Source of the DNA: an uncultured Gemmatimonadales bacterium | GTDB taxonomy: Bacteria; Gemmatimonadota; Gemmatimonadetes; Longimicrobiales; RSA9 | DNA length: 64,000 bases | NCBI GenBank assembly: GCA_963741945.1 | Contig: CAVUKA010000001.1 | Span: forward strand, 512,001 to 576,000 | Direction of reading: 5' to 3' | Part shown: one piece after another, positions 1-9,480 of the stretch | Position numbering within the stretch: the stretch's first letter is position 1 | Layout: every line of letters begins with the position of its first letter | Notes under the pieces: generated by a model | What the model saw: only the letters and a program-made list of their open reading frames with translations | What the model was told of the DNA's origin: nothing | Database searches by the model: none | Position numbers and translations under genes: made by a program

Positions 1-754
<754 letters not shown>

Positions 755-765
<11 letters not shown>

Positions 766-1141
766 GGGGCGCCTCCACCATGAGGCTGATCTGCTCGCAC
801 AGCAGCTCGGGCGTGAACGGCTTGTGGACGAACCCCTCGACTTTCGGCGTGAGCCGCGCGAGGCGCGTCTGCCCGCTCTCGGTGGAAACCACCAGGACCG
901 GGATCTCACGGAGCTTCGGATCGGCGCGCATGCGGTCGATCAGCTCCTCGCCATCCATGACGGGCATGTTGATGTCCACGAGCGCCAGGTCGAACGACGA
1001 CCGGCCGAGCGCCCCCAGTGCCGCTTCGCCATCGGGCGCCTGTTCCACACGCTCCAGCGCCAGCCCGGTCAGCCGCAGCGTCCTGCAGATCAGCTGGCGC
1101 ATCACGGCGCTATCGTCTACCACCAGGACGTTCAGTCCCAT
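755..1141 (-). CDS. cheY: CheY-like single-domain response regulator
   Basis: [15 protein letters not shown]...DINMPVMDG...STE...KPF. Start placed at the ATG at 1141. Confidence 0.88.
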
Positions 1142-1151
1142 AGCGACCTTC

Positions 1152-1640
1152 CTAGATTGCCCACGTTTTCCCGCCCGATCGCACGGAGACTTCGCCCGTG
1201 CCAACATCGTAGATCAGGTCCCGGCTCCCGTTCCCGCCCACGTCCTGGGCCCGGATCAGGACGCCGTTCTTCCACAGGAGCTTTCGCAGCATTGTCATGT
1301 TGCGCCTGCCGATCTGGAAGGAGTCCGGCTCGCCGTCCTGGGCCCGCGATGCGCCACCCGCCACCTTCACGATCATCCGCTCCTTGCGCGCGCCCGCCCG
1401 GTAGCAGGCCAGGAAGAGCTCTGGTACGCCGGTGTCCACGAACATGGCGGGCTTTTCCCTGGCCTTCTCCTCGTTGATCGCGGAGGTTGGCATCATCACG
1501 TGCAGCATGCCCCCCACGCGGGCCTGCGGGTCGTGGGCGACAATGCCGAGACAGCTGCCGAGCGCGTGCGTGACCAGCAGGTCCCCCGCGGACCCCACGG
1601 CCATGTCGGCAATGCCGACCACCACTCGCGTGGCGATCAT
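1152..1640 (-). CDS. cheD: Chemoreceptor glutamine deamidase CheD
   Basis: LGSC, GGMLHVMMP, KVAGGA, IGRRN and DVGG motifs. Confidence 0.93.
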   Translation of the reverse strand: MIATRVVVGIADMAVGSAGDLLVTHALGSCLGIVAHDPQARVGGMLHVMMPTSAINEEKAREKPAMFVDTGVPELFLACYRAGARKERMIVKVAGGASRAQDGEPDSFQIGRRNMTMLRKLLWKNGVLIRAQDVGGNGSRDLIYDVGTGEVSVRSGGKTWAI

Positions 1641-2449
1641 CGGCGGTAGACCGCCGGCCGCACGTAGGCGAACGGATGGCTCAGGCCCGTCAGGCTCTCG
1701 GAATGGCCTACGTAGAGGAGCCCCCCATCACGGAGCATCCCGTGGAAGCGCGCGACCAGGCGCTCGCGCACTTCCCGATCGAAATAGATCATGACGTTCC
1801 GGCAGAAGATGACGTCGAACGGCCCCTTCATCGGCCACGCGGCCACCAGGTTCAGGCGCGCGAACGTCACCAGGGAGCGGAGCGCGTCGCGGGCCGCGTA
1901 CAGCCCGGCGGCGGTGCGCTCGAAATAGCGGTCGAGGAGCGGTCCGGGGACATCGCCCATGACACCGGCGGAATACTCGCCGCGCATGGCCAGCTGGAGC
2001 GCCCGCCCGGAGATGTCCGTGGCCAGGATCCTGGCATCGCGCAGCACCGGCTCGCCGAGGTGCTCCCGCAGGAGCATGGCCAGCGTGTACGGCTCCTCGC
2101 CCGTGGAACAGCCTGCGCTCCAGATACGGACGCGCCCGCGCCCGGCCAGCTCCGGCAGCGCGGAGGCCAGCAGGTGATCGTAGTGGGCGGACTCACGAAA
2201 GAAGCTGGTCTTGTTCGTGGTCAGGGCATCGATCATCGCCCGGAGCTCCTCCCCCGTCTCGTCCTGCTCGACCCGCTCCAGGTAGGCGGGGAATCCATCG
2301 AGCCCGAGCAGCCGCAGCCGCTTCGATAGCCGCGACTTCACCAGCGTCTCCTTCCCCGCTGGCAGCCGGATCCCGGCCACGTCCCGCATCGTGTCGCTGA
2401 TCCGCTCGAACAGGGCGGGCGACAGATCCAGCGACGGGTAACCAAGCAT
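1637..2449 (-). CDS. cheR: Chemotaxis methyltransferase CheR
   Basis: TTNKTSFFRE, IWSAGCSTGEEPY, ATDIS, FCRNVMIYF and GHSE motifs. Confidence 0.96.
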   Translation of the reverse strand: MLGYPSLDLSPALFERISDTMRDVAGIRLPAGKETLVKSRLSKRLRLLGLDGFPAYLERVEQDETGEELRAMIDALTTNKTSFFRESAHYDHLLASALPELAGRGRVRIWSAGCSTGEEPYTLAMLLREHLGEPVLRDARILATDISGRALQLAMRGEYSAGVMGDVPGPLLDRYFERTAAGLYAARDALRSLVTFARLNLVAAWPMKGPFDVIFCRNVMIYFDREVRERLVARFHGMLRDGGLLYVGHSESLTGLSHPFAYVRPAVYRR

Positions 2450-2494
2450 GCATCTCCTCCGGTACGCCGGGCGAACCCCTGGTCTCAGGACGAA

Positions 2495-2522
2495 TTCTCG
2501 GACGCGGCCGCGCCAGACTTTA
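2495..2522 (-). promoter_or_regulatory. Putative sigma28 promoter of cheR-cheD-cheY-cheX-cheB
   Basis: Minus strand reads TAAA-N16-TCCGAGAA, about 45 bp upstream of cheR. FliA/SigD consensus is TAAA-N15/16-GCCGATAA. Confidence 0.55.
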
Positions 2523-2527
2523 GCCGG

Positions 2528-2956
2528 TCACCCGCGGCCGCGCGGACCGGAGTCCAGCAGCGCCGCGACATCCACCACCGAGAACACCCGATCGCCCTGG
2601 CGCACACATTCGACGACGAACGCGGCCGCCGGGCGCGCGGCCGCGTGGGGCCACTCCGCCGGCGGAGCCGGCTCCGCGGCGACCACTTCCACCGCGCGAT
2701 CCACCGCGAGCCCCGCCCGCCGCCCCCCGTGCTCCACGATTACCAGCGGGCCGGCGCCCGCGTCATGAGCGCGCGGCAGACGGAGCGCCAGCGCGAGATC
2801 GATCGTCGGCATCCCCGCGCCACCCTCTCCTGCGCCCCACCCTGACGGCCGATCGGCCGCGAGCCCCGGCCCGCCGGCGCGGATGCCGCGGACGTTGCTC
2901 AGCGGCAGCGCCAGCTCGACGTGTCCGAGCGTAACCACCAGGTACCGGCTTTTCAT
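2528..2956 (-). CDS. Divergent CheW-like adaptor protein
   Basis: MKSRYLVVTLGHVELALPL...PTIDLALALRL...VIVEHGGRRAGLAVDRAVEV...VVDVAALL follows the CheW pattern, but the usual G(V/I)xNLRG motif is lost. Confidence 0.7.
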   Translation of the reverse strand: MKSRYLVVTLGHVELALPLSNVRGIRAGGPGLAADRPSGWGAGEGGAGMPTIDLALALRLPRAHDAGAGPLVIVEHGGRRAGLAVDRAVEVVAAEPAPPAEWPHAAARPAAAFVVECVRQGDRVFSVVDVAALLDSGPRGRG

Positions 2957-3042
2957 GGCGTGGCACCCCCTCCCCCGTCCCCGACGTTCGTCCGTCCCCG
3001 CGTCCCCCTCCATGTGAAGTTCGGCCCTCGGGCGGGGCGCGA

Positions 3043-3064
3043 CGTTAAGAACGCGTTAAGAACG
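3043..3064. promoter_or_regulatory. Perfect 11-bp tandem direct repeat (CGTTAAGAACG x2), candidate OmpR/PhoB-family operator
   Basis: Seen directly between the divergent cheW2 and OmpR-family genes. TTAAG half-sites lie one helical turn apart. Confidence 0.6.
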
Positions 3065-3078
3065 GCTTTCGCCCCGCC

Positions 3079-3105
3079 TCAGGTTTCGTCCGGCCGCCCC
3101 GATAC
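3079..3105 (+). promoter_or_regulatory. Putative sigma28 promoter of the OmpR-family regulator
   Basis: TCAG-N15-CCCGATAC, ending 37 bp before the ATG at 3143. Confidence 0.5.
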
Positions 3106-3142
3106 TCTGAACGGGGAACACGACCACGCATGGAGGTGATGG

Positions 3143-3844
3143 ATGAGGGACGTTCGCGTGCTCGTTGTGGACGACGACCGCGCCATCGCGCTCCTCGTCC
3201 AGCGGGCGCTGGAGGAGGAGGGGATCCATGCCGGCACCGCACACTCCATGGCGGAGGCGGAGCGGGAGCTCGCGGAACAGGACTACGACCTGGCCATCCT
3301 CGACATCGTGCTGCCCGATGGGAGCGGACTCGACATCCTCCGGCATCTGCGTGCACGGAACCGCGCCGTGCTCGTGCTTCTGCTCACGGTCCGGCGCAGG
3401 GAGTCGGAAGTGGTGGAAGCGCTCGACGCGGGGGCGGACGATCACCTGGGGAAGCCGTTCTCCATAGCCGAGCTGAAAGCGCGGGTGCGGGCGCTCCTCC
3501 GGCGGCGGGGCGATGGGAGTCTGACCCCGCTCGAGTTCCAAGGGGTCCGGGTGGAGCGCGCGTCGCACGGGGTCCGGGTCAACGGGGAGCCGGTCACGCT
3601 CACGCCCAGGGAGTTCGACCTTCTGGAGTACCTGCTGCGCCGGCCCAACCGGGTGGTCCCGCGCGAGGAGCTGCTGGAGAGCGTGTGGCGGATGGACTTC
3701 GACCCGGGCACCAACGTCATCGATGTCCACGTCTCGCATCTCAGGCGCAAGCTGAACCGCCACCGGGCCGCAGTCCGGATCCGCACGGAGCGCGGCGTCG
3801 GCTTCGCCGTGGGGCCCGCGCCGGGGCAGGCGACGCGGGGCTGA
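3143..3844 (+). CDS. OmpR/PhoB-family DNA-binding response regulator
   Basis: Receiver domain (VLVVDDD, LDIVLP, GADDHLGKPF) plus winged helix (LTPREFDLLEYL, NVIDVHVSHLRRKL, IRTERGVGF). Confidence 0.95.
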   Translation: MRDVRVLVVDDDRAIALLVQRALEEEGIHAGTAHSMAEAERELAEQDYDLAILDIVLPDGSGLDILRHLRARNRAVLVLLLTVRRRESEVVEALDAGADDHLGKPFSIAELKARVRALLRRRGDGSLTPLEFQGVRVERASHGVRVNGEPVTLTPREFDLLEYLLRRPNRVVPREELLESVWRMDFDPGTNVIDVHVSHLRRKLNRHRAAVRIRTERGVGFAVGPAPGQATRG

Positions 3845-3850
3845 GCCGGC

Positions 3851-5479
3851 TCAGCCGTCGTCCAGCGTTCGCCGCACGGCCCGCAGCAGCTCCCGACCGG
3901 CGTAGGGTTTTCGCAGCAGCGGCGCGTCGCGAAGGCCGTGACGAACCAGCTCCTCACCCGGATAGCCCGACAGGAAGAGGGCCGGCACTCGCCCGCGGGT
4001 TTCCTCCAGCCGGGCGTGCAGGTCGGGCCCCGTCATTCCGGGCATGACCACATCGGAGAGCAGCAGGTCGATGGCATCGGCATACAGCGCGGCCAGATCC
4101 AGGGCATCCTCCCCCGCGGCCGCCGCGAGCACCTGGTAGCCGCTCTCCCGCAGCGCCCGCGTGGTCAGCGCCCGCAGCGGGTCCTCATCCTCCACGTACA
4201 GGATCGTCTCGCCCGTCGCCACGGCGTCGGCCAGGTCCTCGCCCTCGCTCGCCGCCTCGGGCGGCCCCGGCTCGAAGGCCGGGAGGAAGCAGCGGAAGCG
4301 GGAGCCGGCGCCCGGCCGGGTATCCACGGTGATGAAGCCGCCCGCATCCTGCACGATCCCGAAGACGGTGCTCAGACCCAGTCCCGTCCCGGCCGCCCCT
4401 TTCGTGCTGAAGAACGGATCGAAGATGTGGTCCAGGGTGTCCGGCTCCATGCCACAGCCGGTGTCGCCTACCGAAAGGACCACGTAGCGGCCGGGCGGGA
4501 TCTCGCCGAACGGATTGGGGAGCGGGGTGTCGAGCACGATCTCGTGCGTGGCGACCGTGATATCCCCACGCTCGCCCACGGCGTCGCGGGCATTGACCAG
4601 GAGGTTCATGACCACCTGCTCCAGGTGACCGGGATCGGCGCGCACGTGCCACCGGCCGCTCTCGAGTCGCGCCGTCAGGCGGACGGTCCGGGGGAGCAGC
4701 CGCCGGGCCATCTCCTGCATACGGACCACGCACTCCGTCAGACTGAGCAGCCGGGGGCTGGCCATGTCGCAGCGGCTGAACGTCAGGAGCTGGCGCGTGA
4801 GCCGCGCCGCGCGCTCCACGGCGTCCAGGATCCCGTCCACGTCGGAGCCCAGGCTGCCCTCCCCGGGGAGCGCCTTCGCCAGGTACTCCGCGTGGCCGCC
4901 GATCACGGTGAGAATGTTGTTGAAGTCGTGGGCCAGCCCGCCGGCCAGCCGGCCCACCGCCTCCATCTTCTGCGAGTGGCGGAGCTGCGCGTCCTTCTCC
5001 CGGAGCGTTCGCTCGAACTCCACCCGGTCGGTCACGTCGCGGGCCACCACGACCACCCCACCCACGGCCGGATGCGTCACGAGATTGCGCAGCACTGCCT
5101 CCATGTGCCGATGGCCGCCATCCGCATGGCGCATCCGGAGGACGATCCGGGCCGTGCGACCCGGGCACCCCAGCAACTGCGTGAACGTCTCCACGGCGCG
5201 GGGGACATCGGCCTCGTGCAACAGGCTGGCGAACCCGCGCTCGCCAGTGGAGCTCGCATCGTAGCCCAGGACCCGCTGCGCGGAAGGGCTGTGGTAGCGG
5301 ACCCGGCCGTCCGGTCGGAGCACGGCCAGGACCTCGGAGCCGTTCTCGATCAGCGCGCGGAAGTACTCCTCACCCCGCCGGAGCAGAGCCTGCGTCGCAG
5401 CCAGCTCCCGGACGCGGGCGCGGAGCTCGAGGTTGACCTGCTCCAGCTCCTCTGCGCCCGCCGTCCCGACGGTCCCCAC
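3851..5479 (-). CDS. PAS-domain hybrid histidine kinase (PAS-HisKA-HATPase-REC)
   Basis: [14 protein letters not shown]-box, [29 protein letters not shown] and a C-terminal receiver (SDVVMP). Start placed at GTG 5479 behind a GGGAG RBS, just after the cheW stop. Confidence 0.9.
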   Translation of the reverse strand: MGTVGTAGAEELEQVNLELRARVRELAATQALLRRGEEYFRALIENGSEVLAVLRPDGRVRYHSPSAQRVLGYDASSTGERGFASLLHEADVPRAVETFTQLLGCPGRTARIVLRMRHADGGHRHMEAVLRNLVTHPAVGGVVVVARDVTDRVEFERTLREKDAQLRHSQKMEAVGRLAGGLAHDFNNILTVIGGHAEYLAKALPGEGSLGSDVDGILDAVERAARLTRQLLTFSRCDMASPRLLSLTECVVRMQEMARRLLPRTVRLTARLESGRWHVRADPGHLEQVVMNLLVNARDAVGERGDITVATHEIVLDTPLPNPFGEIPPGRYVVLSVGDTGCGMEPDTLDHIFDPFFSTKGAAGTGLGLSTVFGIVQDAGGFITVDTRPGAGSRFRCFLPAFEPGPPEAASEGEDLADAVATGETILYVEDEDPLRALTTRALRESGYQVLAAAAGEDALDLAALYADAIDLLLSDVVMPGMTGPDLHARLEETRGRVPALFLSGYPGEELVRHGLRDAPLLRKPYAGRELLRAVRRTLDDG

Positions 5480-5493
5480 GATCCAGACTCCCG

Positions 5494-5994
5494 TCAGGTG
5501 AGCGTCGCGAGCTCTTCCCTGGAGAGGACACGGTCGATGTCCACCAGGATGCGAACCCGGCTCCCCGTCTTCCCCATGCCGAGGATATAGTCCGTGTCGA
5601 TCTCGGCCCCGAACTCCGGCGCTTCCTCGATGTCGGCGTCCTCCAGGTCCACCACCTCGGAGACCCGATCCACCACCACGCCGAACTGCAGCCCGTGCGT
5701 CTGCACCACGATGATGCACGTCTGGTCGGTGTCTTCCACGGGCTCCATGCGGAACTTCTTCCGCAGGTCCACGATCGGGATCACCTTCCCGCGCAGGTTG
5801 ATCACCCCGCGCACGAAATCCGGCGTGCGCGGCACCCTGGTGATGGACATCAGGCCGATGATCTCCTGCACCTTCAGGATTTCCAGCCCGTACTCCTCCT
5901 CGCCGAGGAAGAAGGTCAGGAACTTGCCTCCCACGGCCGTGGCCGCGCTCTCCACCTGCTGCATGATATCCCCCATCACTCGAGTCGTGCTCAC
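5494..5994 (-). CDS. cheW: Chemotaxis adaptor CheW
   Basis: FLTFFLGEEEYG...VQEII...GVINLRGKVIPIVDLR...GVVVDRVSEV. Start may be a downstream Met. Confidence 0.95.
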   Translation of the reverse strand: MSTTRVMGDIMQQVESAATAVGGKFLTFFLGEEEYGLEILKVQEIIGLMSITRVPRTPDFVRGVINLRGKVIPIVDLRKKFRMEPVEDTDQTCIIVVQTHGLQFGVVVDRVSEVVDLEDADIEEAPEFGAEIDTDYILGMGKTGSRVRILVDIDRVLSREELATLT

Positions 5995-8489
5995 GCGGCG
6001 CGCGCCGGGATCGCCCCGCGCCGCGCCAGATTGACCAGCTCCACCGGGTCGAGGATCAGCCCCACCGTGCCGTCTCCCAGAACGGCTCCGCCGGTGACGC
6101 CCTCCACTTTGCCCAGCCCTTCACCCAGGCTCTTCACCACCACCTGCTGCTGCCCCAGGAGCTCGTCCACGAACAGCGCGCAGCGGCGCTCCGCGGCGCC
6201 GATCACCACGAGCAGGCCGTCGTGGAGCGCGTGCCGCGCCGATTCCACTCCGAAGAGCGCGTGCAGGCGCACCACCGGAACCAGCTCGTCTCTCAGCATG
6301 AGCATCTCGCCCCGCCCCGTGACCGTCGAAAGCATGTCGGCCGTCGGCCGGACATTGCGCTCGATGCTGAGCGTGGGGAGGATGTAGCGCTCCCGGCCCA
6401 CCCGCATCAGCATCCCTTCCGTGATCGCGAGCGTGAGCGGGAGGCGGAGCGTGATTTTCGTGCCGGCGCCCTCCGTGGACTCCACTTCCACGCGGCCGCG
6501 GAGCGTCTCGATGTTGCGCCGGACCACGTCCATGCCCACGCCACGACCCGAGACCTCCGTCACGCGCGCCGCCGTGGAGAACCCGGGTTCGAACACCAGC
6601 TTCCACACCTCGCCGTCGCTCAGGCCTTCCGACGACCGGATCAGACCCCGCTCCAGCGCCTTCTCCACGATCCGGGCGCGGTTCATGCCCCGACCATCGT
6701 CCTCCAGCTCGACGACGACGTTGCCGCCGGCATGATAGGACCGGACCCAGAGCGTGCCGACCTCCGGCTTGCCCGCGGACACCCGGTCGGCCGGAGCTTC
6801 GATCCCGTGGTCCACGGCGTTCCGGATCATGTGAACCAGCGGGTCGCCCAGGACGTCGACCATGGTGCGATCGATCTCCGTGTCCTCCCCCTCCGTCATG
6901 AGCTGGACACGCTTGCCGCTCTTCCGCGCGAGATCCCGCACGAGGCGCTGGAGCTTGGAGAACGTGGCGCGCAGGGGCACCATCCGGAGCGCCATGCTCA
7001 GGTCCTGGAGCTCCCGCACGATCTTGCCGGCGTGGCCTACCTTCTTGGCCAGCTCATGCTGCGTGCCGTCATGGACCACGCCATCCTGCGCGATCATGGA
7101 CTGCGCGATCACCAGCTCTCCCACCATGTCCACCAGCCGGTCCAGCCGGTCCGTGCGCACGCGCACCGACGCGTCCGGCGACCCGGCGCCCGTCTCGCGG
7201 CCGCGGGCCCGGGGTGTCATGGACGCCCCCGCGCCCGCCGCCGCGGCATCGTCCACGGACGGGTCAGGAACGTCACCCGACAGCGGCTCCGCCGCGGCGT
7301 CGGCACGGGCGGCCGCAGGGGGATCCGCTTCGGCGCGGCGTTCTCCGGACGCGCGCGTGCCTCGGCCGCCTGCCTGCAGAGCCTCCACCAGGGCGGCGAT
7401 GCCGGGCACGGCGGTCGGCGTCCCTCCGTCCAGCGCTTCGCCCGCGCTGGCCAGGACGGCCGAGAGGACATCCACGGCGCGCAGCGACACGTCCGCCACC
7501 GCGCGATCGAAGCTCACGTCCCCGTCGCGGACGCGCGAGAACAGCGACTCGGCATGGTGGCAGACCACGGACGACTGCTCCACCCCGAGGAAGGCCGAGG
7601 TGCCCTTGATGGTGTGGAACGCCCGGAACACCACGTTGATGGCTTCGCTGTCGCCGGGGTCCGCCTCCAGCGCGAGCAGCGCCTCCTCCGCCGATGCCAG
7701 CAGGTCACGGCTCTCCGCGAGGAACTCCGTCAGGAGCTCCACGTCCGCGTCGGGGCCGGGAGTCCAGGGCCCGGGAACGGTAGCCGTATCCGCTTCCGCA
7801 GCCGGCCGATGGGGCTCTTCGGGGTCGAGGGTCGATGAAGCCGCTGAAGCGGCCGGTCCTCCGGGAGCCCCGGTGTCGCCTTCCGAAAGCCGCTCCAGGG
7901 CCCGACCGACCGTGTCCAGGGTCTCGGCCGTGACCGGGCCGGCGCTCAGCAGACCCGCGGCCGCGCTCAAGGCTTCCCGGGTGCCCCGGGCGGAACCAGC
8001 GTCGTCGGCCAACCCCTCGAGGATCTCCAGGAGACTCCGGACGCCGTAACTGTCGCCGGGCTCGAGCTGCACCAGCAGGAGAGCGGCATCATCCAGTGTC
8101 GACCGCGGCGGAAGATCCCCGACGAAGGTGGCGGGGAGACCATCACACCGACTCGCGGCCGGCTCCACAGTGGGCTCAGGCTCGGCGGACGAGGCCACCA
8201 TCTCCATGACGGCGCCGAGGATCCCGGCGCGATCCGGGTGATCGCGACCGCCGGCATAGTCGATCAGGGCGTCCAGGGCGCTGGTGAACCGGTCCACGTC
8301 ATCGCCGTCCCGGACGCCCGCGGCCCACATGGCCAGGTCGCGGAGGAGCGGCGCCGCGGCCTGGTCCGCCTGCGGCACCGCATCGGCGATTGCCCGGAGC
8401 TTCGGAGCCGTCCCCTGAAGCTGCCCCGCCGTCGGGGCGGCGCCCAGTTCGACTCTCAGCCGCGTCAGATTCCGTTCGGTTCTGCCCAT
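5991..8489 (-). CDS. cheA: Chemotaxis histidine kinase CheA with ~250-aa N-terminal extension
   Basis: Hpt FRAFHTIKG, dimerisation SVRVRTDRLDRLVDMVGELVI, HMIRNAVDHGIE, DDGRG, SGRGVGMDVV and a C-terminal CheW-like P5. Confidence 0.96.
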   Translation of the reverse strand: MGRTERNLTRLRVELGAAPTAGQLQGTAPKLRAIADAVPQADQAAAPLLRDLAMWAAGVRDGDDVDRFTSALDALIDYAGGRDHPDRAGILGAVMEMVASSAEPEPTVEPAASRCDGLPATFVGDLPPRSTLDDAALLLVQLEPGDSYGVRSLLEILEGLADDAGSARGTREALSAAAGLLSAGPVTAETLDTVGRALERLSEGDTGAPGGPAASAASSTLDPEEPHRPAAEADTATVPGPWTPGPDADVELLTEFLAESRDLLASAEEALLALEADPGDSEAINVVFRAFHTIKGTSAFLGVEQSSVVCHHAESLFSRVRDGDVSFDRAVADVSLRAVDVLSAVLASAGEALDGGTPTAVPGIAALVEALQAGGRGTRASGERRAEADPPAAARADAAAEPLSGDVPDPSVDDAAAAGAGASMTPRARGRETGAGSPDASVRVRTDRLDRLVDMVGELVIAQSMIAQDGVVHDGTQHELAKKVGHAGKIVRELQDLSMALRMVPLRATFSKLQRLVRDLARKSGKRVQLMTEGEDTEIDRTMVDVLGDPLVHMIRNAVDHGIEAPADRVSAGKPEVGTLWVRSYHAGGNVVVELEDDGRGMNRARIVEKALERGLIRSSEGLSDGEVWKLVFEPGFSTAARVTEVSGRGVGMDVVRRNIETLRGRVEVESTEGAGTKITLRLPLTLAITEGMLMRVGRERYILPTLSIERNVRPTADMLSTVTGRGEMLMLRDELVPVVRLHALFGVESARHALHDGLLVVIGAAERRCALFVDELLGQQQVVVKSLGEGLGKVEGVTGGAVLGDGTVGLILDPVELVNLARRGAIPARAA

Positions 8490-8531
8490 GCCTGCCTCGC
8501 TTCACCCGGTGCGTTGGCGATACGGAAGGCA

Positions 8532-8559
8532 TTATCGAACGGCCCTCCCAAAAACCTTA
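8532..8559 (-). promoter_or_regulatory. Putative sigma28 promoter of cheA-cheW-kinase
   Basis: Minus strand reads TAAG-N16-TTCGATAA, 42 bp upstream of the cheA ATG. Confidence 0.55.
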
Positions 8560-8593
8560 GTGACGGCCGCGCCCCATCGACGCGGCACCGGCA

Positions 8594-9391
8594 TCAGCAG
8601 CCGCCCACCGACAGATCGCGGATCGTCTCCGGTACGGGAAAGCGGAAGACGTACCCATCCGCACCCCGGACGGCTACGCCGCCCCCGCGCCGCAGCCGGT
8701 CCCGGATCACCGATTCCAGCGCGTCCGGCGTGAGGGCCCCCATGAGCGGCAGCGCGACGGTCACGCCGTCTGTCTCCCCATCGACCCGCTCGATCCGGAT
8801 AACCGCGCACGCGGCGCGAGTGGCCCGGGCGGGCAGGGCGGGCGCCGCTGGGAGTGGCACCAGGGGGATGGCTGGCGAGCCAGCGGCGAAGCCGGGGTAG
8901 CCCTGCCGCGTCGGGTCCGGGAGGGTCTCGGGAAAGAAGCGGTACTGGAACCGGTGGTAAGGCGGAACGGGGGTGGCATCCAGCCAGCCGCGTCCCCAGA
9001 TAGAGGCCCAGTCCCGGTACGGGTCGGGATAGCCGAACGCCACGATCGGGGAACCGCGCCCGATGTAGCCGGGAGGACCATAGCCCTGGCCGGGATACCC
9101 CTGGCCGGGATGACCGGCGCCACGGTAGTCGTCGCCCGCATAGCCCTGGCCCGGGTAGCCGGGGCAGGGATCGTCCTGAACGCCGTAGAGCCCGATCAGC
9201 GGACACGGCCAGCCTCCGGGCGCGGCGTACGAGATGCGCGGGTCGATCATGGATCCCCCGGGGCGACGCTCGGCCGCGCGCTCAGCCCGCCGGGCCTGCA
9301 GCTCCGCGGCGCGGCTTTCTGCCTGGGCCGAGGCGGCCGCAGGCGCGGCCAGGGTTAGGGCGATGACCAGCAACCGACCTGTCCGTCCCAT
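8594..9391 (-). CDS. Hypothetical exported protein with Gly/Tyr/Pro-rich GYPGQ repeats
   Basis: C-terminal 265 aa of ORF 8594..10675 from MGRTGRLLVIALTLAAPAAASAQ (signal peptide, A-S-A cleavage site). GGAGG RBS upstream. Fills the gap between the kinase and cheA. Confidence 0.7.
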   Translation of the reverse strand: MGRTGRLLVIALTLAAPAAASAQAESRAAELQARRAERAAERRPGGSMIDPRISYAAPGGWPCPLIGLYGVQDDPCPGYPGQGYAGDDYRGAGHPGQGYPGQGYGPPGYIGRGSPIVAFGYPDPYRDWASIWGRGWLDATPVPPYHRFQYRFFPETLPDPTRQGYPGFAAGSPAIPLVPLPAAPALPARATRAACAVIRIERVDGETDGVTVALPLMGALTPDALESVIRDRLRRGGGVAVRGADGYVFRFPVPETIRDLSVGGC

Positions 9392-9452
9392 GCGGGCCTC
9401 CGTGGCGATAGCCTTGGCCGGCCGATGAAGAAGCCGGCGCCTCGACGGAGGG

Positions 9453-9480
9453 TTATCGGCACCGGCGGGCCCGGACTTTA
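9453..9480 (-). promoter_or_regulatory. Putative sigma28 promoter of the exported protein gene
   Basis: Minus strand reads TAAA-N16-GCCGATAA, a perfect consensus match that overlaps the upstream TAA stop. Confidence 0.75.
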
